DNA of 64,000 bases from Felis catus (GCF_018350175.1 NC_058368.1:200324001-200388000), one strand, 5' to 3'; shown: positions 25,141-37,965, counted from the stretch's first letter. Notes: a model not told the origin generated them from the sequence alone. Made by a program: numbers and translations.

Positions 25141-27650
25141 ATCTATTTATGTTATCTAGCAACTAGCTCTCTAGCTATATAGCTCTCCATATTTAATACT
25201 TTATAATGCTTGGTATACCCTAGCATGACCTCCTTCTTGTGGAGTATGTTATATCATTCTGGGGATATTCTTTCGTGTTTTCTCTAAAACCTCAATTGAG
25301 AATCACTGAATTAAAGTAATCTTCTTACGGATCTTTTTGTGAAGGCATTTTTTAAATTAAAAATTTGCTGTTTAATTTACAAAGTAAATGATTTGAACAT
25401 TTTCAAAAAGAGTTGGGATTTTTAAGGTCATTTCTGGAAATAATAAAGAAATTAAAGTTACCTTCTATTGAACATTATAACCCAACTCAAAAGTTGTGAA
25501 AATAGAAAAATAATTTATCTCTTATTTCCTGCTGATTAAAATTTGATGTTGTGTCAACCTTAATTAAGACTTAATCTCAAATTTGTGCTTTTATTCTCAA
25601 GAAGACTACTGATGACTCACTATGTCATAAAGATGATTTAGCCATACTTGAGTGTATCAAGGAGGCAAGTTGTTTTCTCAAGAAAATACATGATTCAGTG
25701 CACACCACATTAAACATTAGAATAAGAGAAATGTATAAGCCAGTGAAATAAAATGAATTCTCATGTCTATAAATATTTACATTTGCAGAATGTAATGTAG
25801 GATGTCCTAAAATTTGACTGAATGGAACATTTGTCTCCAGGTAAGGGCGGGGGGGCACATAGCAACACTTTTAAAAAGCTGAATAGATTGCAACACTAAA
25901 TCACATCAGATGCTGTAGAGTAGCATAAATAGGATTGTGTCTCTGTGCATTTTCAGTAGTTAATATGCAGATAGAGCACTTTTGTGGAATTAGTTTGGCT
26001 CCTATTCAGGTCCCAGCAATATCAATATTAAATCTCTAGTACAGTTGAATAAGTAGGGGATTAACATATTTCCAGATTCATTTTATTATGTACCTTGATG
26101 GTTGATTTCTTGTATTGAAAAAAAAAATTACTTCTGAAGTTACTCCATAGATGAATAATTTCATTCTAAAGATATGGAAATTTGTACACATTTTAGGTAT
26201 AACAAACCAACTTAGTAGCTTCAAGAAAAGTTAAAGGGGAGAGAATTCCTTTCTGCCTCATTTTAACATGACTAGTTATCTATATTTTTGTACAAATGGA
26301 AAATTCTGGATACAGTTGATGAATATTAGCCTTGTTGCTAATTTACTTAAATATCACATTTAAAATGTTACTAATTGCTCTCCCTTTCTTTTTTTCCTCT
26401 GTCTTTTTTAGGCAAGTAGGTATAACAAAAAAGTGCATAGCTGCTATCCATAATGTTCCCTATAGCGAGTTCTATTTTGCTTGTGCTTCGTCTGCAATTT
26501 TCCTCTTGAAATTTGGCACAATATACATAAAAATTAGAATATCTGCCACTAGTATTGTAGATTCTGCCAGACAGAACCATCAATATGAAAAAGGAGGAAA
26601 AAAACCCCAAAAACAAAAACACTGCCTTTCATAGATCACACTTCAACCATCACAGTGACAAAATAATTGCAGGACCAGTAATATTAGTCAGACCACATGG
26701 GCACAGGACACCGAGTCTGTGACAGAAGCAAATGTGCTATTAAGAAAGTAGCCAAGTAAGGGCATGCTGTTCTGACATGTCGAGTGCTGCCTGTGAATAT
26801 AGAATGCCTTCTTTGAGTGAATGTCAGGGCATGGTGATTACCATAATTAAAACATACACATATGGCACATTTGTAACTGTTTAAGGTTCCAGCAAGTAAA
26901 GATTAGTCACAACTGGAAATCTGCCACAGCCACTGTGGCCTAAAGACATTTCCGAGTTCAGGTGTTAGAGGTAACACCCATTTAAAGAAAGCACAGCCCT
27001 AAACTCAAGGGGCTCTGTTGCCTCATGGGCCACCAGAATCTATTTACTCATGCTATGGTTTGAAAGAAAAAAATAAATAAACTCATTGGCTTCAACCAGT
27101 TTTATTTTTCTTACCAAGCGGCAGAAACTGAGAAGCTTTGGGTCTTATGTTTTATAGGGAAGTCAAAAAAAACATTTCTCCCTCTGCGAGAGCCTAGCAA
27201 TAAAATAGTCTGGAAAATCACATTAATTATTATGCATTGATGATTGAGTTGGTGAGCATTACATCAAGTAGTTCCTGGGTGTACTCTAACTTTTCAAATG
27301 CACCAATACCATGGTTATATGTAGCCTGTAGATTAGAAGGGTTATACATTTCCAGTACTTAGTTGATTTATTTAAAAGAAATCCACCGTGTAACTCACAC
27401 TTTGCTTCTCAAATTAGCTTTTTGGCACAAAGTAAAAAGTTTTGTTTTGTTTTATAACAGATTAGACTAATATGAAATGATGGTGGTTTGATGTAACAAT
27501 TCAGTTAACAACCCAGGTAAAGTTATAGTTTTATTTCCCAATAATGGGTATTGCTGAGGAATACTTCTAGTCTATTTTTGAATAAGTCAAAATTGTGGAA
27601 AATTGTGGACACTAAATTGAAGCAGTTACCTGATTTAAAAATATTTCTTC

Positions 27651-27759
27651 TGGGGTGCCTGGGTGGCTCAGTCAGTTGAGCATCCTACTCTTGGTTTTGG
27701 CTCAGGTCATGATCCCAGCAAGGGTCATGGGATAAGCCCCACATCAGTGTGGAGCCTGC

Positions 27760-27817
<58 letters not shown>

Positions 27818-27890
27818 TTCTCTGCCCCTCACCCCTACTTGCACACTCTCTTCTCTCTCAAATAAATAAATTTAAAAATTTTAAATTAAA
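27651..27890 (+). mobile_element. Can-SINE with expanded (CT)n
   Basis: ggggtgcctgggtggctcagtcagttgag head, CT tract, A tail. Confidence 0.92.
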
Positions 27891-27974
27891 AAAATTCTTC
27901 CAAACCACTTCAAATAAAATGTAAATTAATTATAGTCACAAAAGTTATACATTTTATACTAAAATTTTAGACAC

Positions 27975-28151
27975 TTTTTTTTTAGAGAGAGGAAGAACAG
28001 AAGAGAGTGGAGAGGAAGAATGAGAGAGAATCCCAAGCATCTCCACACTAGTGTGGAGCCCAATGCAGGGCTCAATCCCATGGCCACAGAATCATGACCG
28101 GAGCTGAAATCAAGAGTGAAAACTCAACTTACTGAACCACCCAGGTGTGCC
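27975..28151 (-). mobile_element. Can-SINE
   Basis: ctgaaccacccaggtgtgcc end; gagaatcccaagca. Confidence 0.88.
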
Positions 28152-28274
28152 TATTCCAAATTTTTAAATGAATATTTTGGAGAGAAAAATAATTCCTCAT
28201 TTATATGAACTATCTGAGTAACAAATATTTATTAAATACTTGCACAATATTTGTTAAATACTTGTTATCCAAGG

Positions 28275-28835
28275 GGTACTAACTTACCCTAAGATACATT
28301 TTTGAAAAGTTGTGGCACCTTTCTTAAGGTCACAATGAAATTGGTGATATCTCCAGCATTTAGTGTGGGGGCCAGCCCAAGCCACCCTGCAATGCAGGGA
28401 TTATTTGTCCCTTGCTAGCTAAAGTAGGCAGTTTCCACCTCAAACATCTTCATGTCTCTTCTTCTCTTAGTAAAACTTTTCTCTCACATCACAAGAGCTT
28501 ACTCTGTCACAAGCAAAGGCAATCTGGAAGTCAGGAGTAAAGACTGGAGTGGGTCAAGGGAAGTAATGGGTAAATGCTCCAGCTTTCTTATCCTTGGTTT
28601 AGCTATAGAATTCCGAAGCATGTACCACATGGTTTCTCATGGGGGCTGGTCCCTATTTACTCACAGAGGTAGCCTACGTAGTAATTCCTCCATAATTCCC
28701 TTTTCATCTTTCCCTTTACTCATGTTCTTGTCTCATTGTCTGCTTTGGTGAGACGACAATCTAAGACATAGTCTCTCCTAAGACGGATTGTCCTGAATGC
28801 CTCACAACTATTGAATATTCTGCTGGGTATTCAGT
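28275..28835 (+). mobile_element. MER20-like hAT element split by an ERVL-type LTR (about 28400-28769)
   Basis: gcatttagtgtgggggccag..cctgcaatgcaggga resumes as ggattgtcc.. after an LTR-like block ending ctgctttgg..ctaagaca. Confidence 0.5.
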
Positions 28836-28858
28836 AAACCATATAGGCACACACATGC

Positions 28859-28908
28859 ACACACACATGCACACACAACATATATGTGTTGTGTGTGCAT
28901 GTGTGTGT
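28859..28908. repeat. Perfect inverted repeat, 22-bp arms, 6-nt loop
   Basis: acacacacatgcacacacaaca-tatatg-tgttgtgtgtgcatgtgtgtgt. Confidence 0.95.
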
Positions 28909-29149
28909 AAACACATATATGTTGTGTGTGCAAACACATATAACAAAATATATATGTATATATATTTAACAGGTCTAGAATCTATGAATATAAAATAGAT
29001 CTCACATGGTTTCAATACATAGCAAAATTTTCAAGAATACAACTATGGGGCAAATGGGAAGATTTTACTTAGTTTTGTTTCCATCTTCATCAAGAAATTT
29101 TCGGCATGTTGGAAAATCTTGCCACCATTAGTAGAAACTTGTCTTTTGA

Positions 29150-29830
29150 ACAGACCATTGTGGCTGCAATGTAGAGAGCCTAATGAATAGGTGATTGTTG
29201 ATCTTATTGACCAATTAGGTGTCTTGGGCAGTTATTACAAGGCACATAGTGGTAGCTTGGACTAAAGAATTCTCTTGGATCTGAAAATAATGATATAGTT
29301 TTAAGGGAGAGTGAAGAGTTAGAACTGATTAATATGCGTTGAGAGAAAGAGAAATGTATAAAGAGTGATTGCTAATCTTCTGGATGGTATAACTGAATAG
29401 ATGATGGTAGTGACATACACAGAGGCAAGGCAAAGTAATTATCTTCATATACGAATCCTGAGTTTGGTTTCTATAGACCGAATTTGAGCTGTCATTGAGG
29501 TATGCAAAAGGAAATGTTAGGTAAGCACCTGAATATTTATTTGCCTGGAAATTAGAGAACAGGTCAGATTCAGAGACATAAATGTCATATGTCATCATCC
29601 TTTAGAAAGGTAATAGATTTTGATGGCAGAGCTAGGATTGCCCAGGGAGAGAATGTAGGGTGGGACAAGAAGCTTGAGATGGAATTTTCAAAACAAGCTA
29701 TAAAGCGGAAGCCAGTGGGGTAGGGGAAACCAGAAAAGGCATAATGATGACAGCTAAGGGAAGAGAGTACTTCTAGAAAGATTAAATGCCAAATTTTGCT
29801 TCACAATAGCAACTAAAAATTGCTAATTAG
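29150..29830 (-). mobile_element. L2 fragment
   Basis: ggtagcttggactaa..ctggatggtataactgaatagatgatggtagtgacat..gaatttgagctgtc. Confidence 0.6.
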
Positions 29831-29849
29831 TTTTGGCAGCAGACAAGTT

Positions 29850-30010
29850 AGAAAGAACTGAATTCAAATTTTGGCTTCACCATTACATGTTTACTCTGTA
29901 AACTGAGGCAAGTTACTTATAATCCCTCCATCTATATAATCTGGATAGAATTATTGACCTCATGGAAATATTTTCAAGATTAAATGAGGTACTGTTTGTT
30001 TAAGGCTTAT
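29850..30010 (+). mobile_element. MIR SINE
   Basis: ttcaaattttggcttcaccatt..ggcaagttactta..acctcatgg..aagattaaatgag. Confidence 0.7.
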
Positions 30011-30349
30011 CATACGCTATCTTAATTAACAGAAATTTCATCAAAGGTAGAGGACGGTTAAGGTTAAATTTACAACATCCCCGTAACCTGTTCAACATTC
30101 AGTGTAACCAAGAGAAATTGAATTGCTGATCCCTACTGTAAAAGAAAGGTGACAGATACAGGTAGTATAAAGGAATTTCTAAAGCAATTCCAATAGCTAA
30201 AAATTCAGTGAACAATGTTTGTTACAGAACCTAATTATAGTTAAACCACATTTATTGAGAATCATTGAGAAATAGTGAGATCATTATCAGGGCATTTTCT
30301 GTGCTATACTCTACTTTGCTACTCTGTTACTATACCTACTATTTATTTA

Positions 30350-30715
30350 CATTTATTTTCAAATTTTTATTTAAATTCTAGTTAGCTAACACATAGTATA
30401 ATATTGGTTTCAGGAGTAGAATTTAGTGATTCATCACTTACATATAACACCTAGTGCTCAACACACGGGCCTTCCTTAGTGCTCTTCACCCATTTAGCTC
30501 ATCCTCCCACCTAACTGCCTTCCAGAAACCCTCAGTTTATTCTCTATAGTTAAGAGTCTCTCATGGTTTGCTTCCCTCTCTTTTGTTCCCTTCCCTATAT
30601 TCATCTATTTTGTTTCTAAAATTCCACATATGAGTGAAATCATATGGTACTTGTCTTTCTCTGTCTGAATAGTTTTATTTATCATGATACACTCTAACTC
30701 CAGCCATATTGCTAA
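30350..30715 (-). mobile_element. 5'-truncated carnivore L1 3' end
   Basis: Reverse complement of the same 3'UTR type as 10290-10560. Confidence 0.88.
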
Positions 30716-31051
30716 AAATCATGCCTGGTTTTAAAAGCATTTCTTATTATTATCTTCTTTCTCTGGTAGTCCATGGTGATTTCAAGTTGTGCCAGGATGC
30801 CTGTGATTAACCAACATTTCCTTCTCCTCAAACAGTCACTCTGTGCTGCTTTAATCAGTGATGAGGCTATTGTCTTTCCTTTTTTCTCATGTTATGGCTT
30901 GAATTTGGGGCAATGAGTAGCTTCTTTAGGCAAGTGTCTAATGTAGGTATGTATTTAACATATTAAATGATAGACAAAATTGCTGATTGCCATTTCTGGC
31001 TCAAGTTATGAATATTCACCTATGAATAGTCTTCACAATAATGATTTACTA

Positions 31052-31218
31052 GGGGCATCTGGGTGGCTCAGTTGGTTAAGCATCCGACTTTGGCTCAAGT
31101 CATGATCTCACGGTTCCTGAATTCTAGCCCCACGTTGAGCTCTGTGTTGACAGCTCGGAGCTTGGAGCCTGATTTGGATTCTGTGTCTTCCTCTCTGTCA
31201 GCCCCTCCTCCACTCATG

Positions 31219-31285
<67 letters not shown>

Positions 31286-31315
31286 ACTCTCAAAAATAAA
31301 TAAACATTAAAAAAA
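31052..31315 (+). mobile_element. Can-SINE with long (CT)n
   Basis: ggggcatctgggtggctcagttggttaagcatccgact head. Confidence 0.93.
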
Positions 31316-31407
31316 CTCAAAATAATAACTTATTTGATTTGGTCTATGGACCTTTAGTGTATGTACTTAAGAATCATCTGGGGAACTTGTTAAAAATTCT
31401 AAATCTA

Positions 31408-31626
31408 GGGGCGCCTGGGTGGCACAGTCGGTTAAGCGTCCGACTTCAGCCAGGTCATGATCTCGCGGTCTGTGAGTTTGAGCCCCGCCTCAGGCTCTGG
31501 GCGGATGGCTCGGAGCCTGGAGCCTGTTTCCGATTCTGTGTCTCCCTCTCTCTCTGCCCCTCCCCCGTTCATGCTCTGTCTCTCTCTGTCCCAAAAATAA
31601 ATAAAAAACGTTGAAAAAAAATTAAA
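31408..31626 (+). mobile_element. Young cat-type Can-SINE (SINEC_Fc)
   Basis: Perfect TSD aaaaattctaaatcta (31392-31407 / 31627-31642). Confidence 0.96.
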
Positions 31627-31671
31627 AAAAATTCTAAATCTAAAAAAAAAGTGAAATAAAGAAATAAATTA

Positions 31672-31863
31672 TGGGGGAGAGGAAGGAAAAAAAAGTTAGG
31701 GAGAGAGCCAAACCATAAGAGACTCTTAAAAACTTAGAATAAACTGAGGGTTGATGTGGGGTGGGAGGGAAGGGAGGGTGGGTGATGGGTATTGAGGAGG
31801 GCACCTGTTGGGATGAGCACTGGGTGTTGTATGGAAACCAATTTGACAAATTTCATATAAAAA
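31672..31863 (+). mobile_element. Felid-type L1 3'UTR fragment with G-rich tract
   Basis: aaccataagagactcttaaaaac..gggtgatgggtattgaggagggcacctgttgggatgagcactgggtg; TSD aaagaaata(a/c)atta. Confidence 0.9.
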
Positions 31864-31939
31864 AAAGAAATACATTAAAAATATGATAAAAACTCTAAAT
31901 CTCAGCCAGAGTTTCTAATTCGGTAGATCTTATTTGGCA

Positions 31940-32085
31940 CTCATTAGGCAATTCACTTAAGCTTTAGTTTCCTTATATAGAAAATGAAACTCATAATAGT
32001 AGCTACATTATAGGTTTGTTGTGAGGATTAAGTGAGTCAATCGTAAAAGTATTTAGCACAGTACCTGACACATACCTAAGTGCTT
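31940..32085 (+). mobile_element. MIR SINE
   Basis: agtttccttatatagaaaatg..gttgtgaggattaagtgag..ttagcacagtacctgacacata. Confidence 0.75.
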
Positions 32086-32580
32086 GTCTTAGGTTGAGTT
32101 CCTTAGAAAACAGACCCTAAAACAAGGATTTGTGCAGTTGTCTTTTTGAGAGATGACCATAGGAAACAAGTGAATGATGAAGGAGAGAGAGGGGAGGGAG
32201 AAAAGCCAGTGGAAGGTGAATTAATGGACTGGTTACCACTGAGGGCTACTAGGGTTCAGTGCCATGGGGAACATTCTGAGGGGAACCTTAGATCTGTCCC
32301 ACCAGAGGAAGTGGAGGCGTGGTAATCAATCCACTAACTCCTATCCCCAGCTGGTTGAAAGTTGCCTGGAGGTGATAATTTTTCTCGATTCTGGGCTCTA
32401 CCTGTTCATGGATGATCATCTGTCTTCCTTGATTTCAGAAAAAGCCTTGCAGCTTAAAGCAGAAACACCACTGGCAATTTGATGGGGGCTTGGCATTGTG
32501 CATAAAACAGTCAACCAGAGCTGAGCTGAAATTAGGGAGCCTGAGTTATATGACAGGATTCATCCCAGGCATCTGTGGCA
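32085..32580 (-). mobile_element. LTR16/LTR33-like ERVL LTR
   Basis: tgtcttaggttgagttccttagaaaacagaccctaaaacaaggattt, the reversed LTR16-family 3' end. Confidence 0.7.
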
Positions 32581-34124
32581 GTTATTAATTATGAATGACA
32601 CATATGTGTTCCATAAATGTTAGTCATTATTTTCAGATTTTAGACATTGTGCTAAAATTCTTTATATGATTATTTCACTAACATTCGGTAAAACGCTTTG
32701 AGGTGTTACTATGTTTATTTCACAGAAACTGATAGCTGGAAAGATTACCTAAAATGAAAATGCACAATATCACACGTAAGAAGAAGTAGGCATATTTTAA
32801 AACTAAGTTGTTTTTCATCATGACTATCTTTACTTCAATATGAACAAATCTGAACAGTGGTAAGAGAGAACAAAGACATATCACCAGATTTTAAGGTCTT
32901 GAAGTCCTTATAGGAACAGCAGCAGGTTTATATAACTTTAAGATTCCAAAAGTTAAAAAAAAATCAGAGTTAAATCTTGCCCTCAAAGTCATCTAATAAC
33001 TTAATTTCCCGATGGGTAAAGTTCTTTTTTGTCAAAGTGTTTAAGAATACAACATAAAATGGATGCTAAAATTATTTTTGAAGCTAATATAATAAAAATC
33101 AGAAAAGCACAGAAATAACCTGTCCTTTACATCCAATAATTTTTGTCAGATATTGCTAAGAAAATAATTTTTATTATGTCCACTTTGCAAAAAAGAAAAT
33201 TGATACACTAGAAGAGACTGTGTGACAAGCCTGGATTTACCGAGTAATCATCTTGAATTCAAAACAATTACTTGAAAATTTCAGCTTGGTGCTTAGTATC
33301 ATGAAACAATACAATGAAATAAATTCCTTGTAAGATCTTTCCATATTCCAGCATAGAGGTGAAAGAATACCTCAGAAGGAACATTTTTTTTAAAAGACTA
33401 TTTTGCTAAAATGAAACATGCAATCTCTGATATGCTGAGGAGTGATTTTGAAGTGGGATCCGGTGCTGTGCCTGCACTTGGGCTGAGCAGACCAGCTGTG
33501 CTAGTTGTTCTGTTGGAAGGAATACCTGCTGAGAGAGTAGCCTGCATGTGTTCCTTAATTTCCTGCATTATCATATCCTTATAATCAGTTTCTAAACCAT
33601 GACGCCATTATGAAGACTGAAATACTAGGTGCCAGGAGAGTCTCTAGGAGATGTAGTTTGAAGTGGAATATTTTAGTTAGCCTCGTATCAGTCAGTATGT
33701 GTGTGTTTCTGTGTCTGTGTGTGTGTCTGTGTGTGTATGAATTTATACATATATGTATATACACGTAGACTCTTATGTTTGCCTTACCTAAGCCATGAGC
33801 CACTTATGTTAATTTATCATGAGGTCTCAGACTCAGATGGTCTTCAAGTAGTTAAGTAAGAAATAGTATCTCACTTTAGAAGGCTGAATCAGACAAAATG
33901 TATTTGGGTTGTGCATACACTGTGAGAAGAAAAAAAAAAAACATCATGTCTTACAGACACAATGCAGGGCCAAAATAATGGATACACCTTTAATTGAAAA
34001 TGATATGCTTTTCATAATTTAATGATTGATGCTTTACATGGGGGTGGGTGCAGGAAATAGACTGATCCATAAGAACCATATTTTTATGAGGGTCCAATAG
34101 TCCTTGTTTATCCTTTAGATATTC

Positions 34125-34339
34125 TTTTAAAAAAATATTTATTTATTTATTTTTTGAGAGAGAGAAGCAGAGCATGAGTGGGGCAGGGGCAGAGAAAGAA
34201 GGAGACACAGAATACAAAGCAGGCTCCAGGCTCTGCGCCATCAGTACAGAGCCCAATGTGGGGTTCGGACTCATGAACTGTGAGATTACGACCTGAGCCG
34301 AAGTCAGACGCTCAACCAACTGAGCCATTCAGGTGCCCC
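34125..34339 (-). mobile_element. Can-SINE (felid type)
   Basis: TSD tatccttt(a/c)gata at 34109 and 34340. Confidence 0.95.
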
Positions 34340-35835
34340 TATCCTTTCGATAACCATGAGCTGCCATTTTATTCCATGAAGTTTCGCATTGCATGGAGAC
34401 ACTATGGGCTTTTACAGTTAATGAGAACTTAGTTTTAACTTCAGAGAACAATGATTGTTATTATTAAGAATACTAATCCATGTCTTCTAGAACATTTTGA
34501 TAGGGTTAAACAGTAAAATTTGTCTTCCTTCCTTTATACTTTTCAATTGCTGTTATTGATAAAACTAAGTTTGTATTGTTTAAAACAATGTATTTTATTG
34601 TCAAAAGTTGTAAGCATGAGTGAAATGGAGGATGATAGTATGATATAACATAAAACAACAACAACAAGATAGGGTGTCCAGAAGAGAAGCCCATGTTCAG
34701 CCCATGAAAATTAAACGCTTAGATTAGGGCATATTGGGTCTGAAGTGGTGAAGAGAAATTCATGTGGAAGAACCAGCAGGTCATTTTTGCGTGCTCTGCT
34801 GGTCGAGGCAACCAAATGTTCAGATTCCCTCAAGCAAATTAATAATGTTTACTTCTTCATGTTTGAAGTAACCCTCTGGATCATTTTTAAAAAAAAGTTC
34901 AAATTAATTTGGCGGGAAGAATCAAATGTGAGAAGCAGTAGTAGCAAGAGGAAAAGCCTTAAATGTGTGGGCATCTCACTTGGAGTGGACCCAGGTCTGG
35001 ACGATGCATGAAGGCCACCCAATTAAATAATCTAGGCCCAAAGTGCCCCCTCTGAGCTAATGGTACTTGTATATTTCCAGACTAAATTTCTTTCTAAAGC
35101 CCTTTGAATTAGTCCATTTAAATGACCCTAGGGAATTTACTCTAAATATGCTAAAGAGCAGTCAGAATTTTCTGAAGCAGTGTCTGCTCCTCCTGTGTTC
35201 TTGATGTCAGGGAAGAACATCTCAAGCCTATAAAAGAAAGTTCTAGAAACTGTGTGTTTTTAAACTGTAAAGGACTTTTTTTAAAGCAGTATGAATGAAA
35301 TATTCTTTTCTCTTTCCCTTCAGCTTCACTTGGAAATGGCCCCAAATAAAACTGTAGTTTATAATTTGTCATTTTTACCATGTATGATTATTATATCCTA
35401 TGCTCTTGGATTAAATAACACATGACTAACATGTCTTATGTTTCTTTTCCACTCTAAACCACCCTCAAAAGGAACAAACAAATCCCCCAAACTGAATAAG
35501 TTTTTCTGTACTTACGAGGTCCTCAGCCACGAACTGGTGGTTTATCATGCGGGATGGCAATAAATTTCCCCAGACAGACTATCGATTTTGTCTCTACCAT
35601 ATTCAATGAACAAAGAATTTCATTTTACACTTGATAATATTGGCCATGTGCTCTTCTGTGAAAGAGATAGTGTTTGAGGTGTGTTCAAACATTTTCATAA
35701 ATTAAAACTTGCAGAGTGCACAGTCTAAGTAACAGGCACTATAGTCCTAAGCCCAGTTATGGAGGAACCAGGTCTGTTCCTTCCTGCTTCAAACTTATTT
35801 CATTCCAAAAATTGGCTGTTAAAACCAGAAAAATT

Positions 35836-36030
35836 GGGGGCGCCTAGGTGAGTCAGTTGGTTGAGCATCCAACTCTTAATTTCAGCTCAGGTCATGATCC
35901 CAGGGTCATGGAATCGAGTCCTGAGTTGGACTCTGTGCTGAGCGTGGAGCCAGCTTAAGATTCTGTCTCTCTCACTCTGCACCTTTCCCCCACTTATGCT
36001 CTCTTTTTCTCTCTCAAATTCAAAGAAAAA
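35836..36030 (+). mobile_element. Can-SINE
   Basis: gggggcgcctaggtgagtcagttggttgagcatcc head; flanking aaaaattg. Confidence 0.9.
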
Positions 36031-36063
36031 AAATTGTTCAAGGGAAAAAATTAAAATTATAAT

Positions 36064-36283
36064 GTTTTTAAAATATGTTTTATGCTTATTTTTATTTTTG
36101 AGAGAGAAAGACGGAGCACAAATGGGGGAGGGGCAGACAGAGAGGGAGACACAGGATCCAAAGCAGGCTCCAGGCTCTGAGCTGTCAGCACAGAGCCTGA
36201 TGCGGGGCTCAAATTCATGGAATGTGAGATGATGACCTGAGCTAAAGATGGACACTCAACCGACTGAGCCACCCAGGCACCCC
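36064..36283 (-). mobile_element. Can-SINE (felid type)
   Basis: TSD taaaattataat (36052-36063 / 36284-36295). Confidence 0.95.
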
Positions 36284-36937
36284 TAAAATTATAATTAAAA
36301 AATTAATTTATATACCTTAAATATTCTTCCTTCTAAATGTGCTGAGAACTTGGTATTTATTTATCCATTATTTTTTTTCATTTTGTGCATGTTTGCTATA
36401 TGGTAAAGTACTTCAATAACTAAATCCAAAAGAATGAAGTCTTACTTAACACAGTATTATAGTGATTATTTGAGGAAAAAACTAGTAAATATTTACTTCT
36501 ATGAATCATTAAGTTAGATTCTTTCTACTTGATTCCTTAAGTTATCAGTCTAATATGCTATTTACTTGAGAAACGATAGCCATTCTCATCAGTCAGCTAG
36601 AATTGAAAACTGGGGTTTGGAGGGTTTAGCCAAGTGTTACATTTTGTCGATGTTTGCTTTTTCATATCCCTTATTATAATATTAATATTTAAACAAGAAC
36701 AATAGTGTTCAACATACGACTATAATATTCCCTATATATATTTATGCTGGAGTCCATGAAAACACAATCTAATACAGTATCTGTTTGGGGATTGGATTTT
36801 ATAATTTTGTTGTGAAATTTTAATTCATTATTGGCCAGAGCATTTCCAAGATGTTAATATTGAAGCTTTTTTTAACCATAATACCAGTGCCCTAACCAGC
36901 TTATCAGGGTGACTGAGAGTTAAAGATAGTGCATATA

Positions 36938-37160
36938 GGGGCGCCTGGGTGGCTTAGTGGGTTGAGCGCCGACTTCCGCTCAGGTCATGATCTCCGGGTT
37001 CATGAGTTAGAGCCCCACGTCGGGCTCTGTGCTGACGGCTCAGAGCCTGGAGCCTGCTTCAGATTCTGTGTCTCCCTCTCTCTCTGCCCCTTCCTCGTTG
37101 GCACTCTGTCTGTCTCTCTGTCTCTCTCTTTCTCAAAAATAAAATAAACATTAAAAAAAA
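36938..37160 (+). mobile_element. Can-SINE (felid type)
   Basis: TSD ttaaaga(t/c)agtgcatata. Confidence 0.96.
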
Positions 37161-37895
37161 TTAAAGACAGTGCATATACGTAGCTGTTCCTTCACCCACA
37201 CCTCCAATCCAACCATACTAGAGAGATGGCCATCATTCTGTTGCTAGACTAGTTTTCTGCTCCACTTCATTTTCCTAGTATGTTGCATGCAAACCCTTGC
37301 AGATGCCTTCGGTATTTACTCCATCTCTTATTATATTGCACAAGCTTCAGTGTCCTAATACAAAAAGATCCCTGTACCTCCTGCTCCTGTAACTGTTGCT
37401 ATGGCAGCTCTGGTTTTCTGAGCTACACGGACTCACGTTTCTATGCACGGTACTGTGCGTGATATTGCTGTATTGAATTCCAGTTTGTTTTCTTTCTTTG
37501 TTGAATTCAACTACTGATACATCTAAACTTTCTTCTTTTCGTTTTAGTTTTCTTTCTGAATTTGGCAACTATTTTCAAGATTGAGCTTTTGTATTTTTGT
37601 TTTTTTGTTTTCTTCTGTTTTATTGAAGGACATACACTTATAAAAATCTAATAATATGCAAAAATAGAAGAATATAACAGTTAACCTAATTCACATTGGT
37701 CACACAGGAATAACAAATTTTAACATTAGGTCTCCTCATGTATATGCATATATTAATATATTAATAATAACAACAGTAATAACTATTAATTCTCCTCACA
37801 TGTATGCATATATACAAAAGTGAAGACCCAATGAGATAATAAAATGTGATATATAGGCAGCAAAAATAATTTTATAAATATTCAGTTCAAAAAAA

Positions 37896-37965
37896 TTCTC
37901 TCTCTGCCCCTCCCCCGCTCACATTCTGTCTCTGTCTCTCAAAAATGAATAAATATTAAAAAATA
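37896..37965 (+). mobile_element. Can-SINE 3' fragment
   Basis: ctctctctgcccctcccccgctcacattctgtctctgtctctcaaaaatgaataaa only; no head. Confidence 0.85.

Noticed and set aside
24966..25182. SP- and LP-repeat proteins
   Set aside because: Artefact of the (CCCTCT)n repeat.
26760..26782. p53-like element gggcatgctg-ttc-tgacatgtcg
   Set aside because: Mismatches in both half-sites and a 3-bp spacer; expected by chance.
34772..34803. accagcag..ctgctggt hairpin as a pre-miRNA
   Set aside because: Only an 8-bp stem, and no mature miRNA that I recognise.
35887..36272. Recurrent MAQSVE/MAQLV..LTAQSLEPA ORF family across the window
   Set aside because: Translations of Can-SINE copies, not a gene family.
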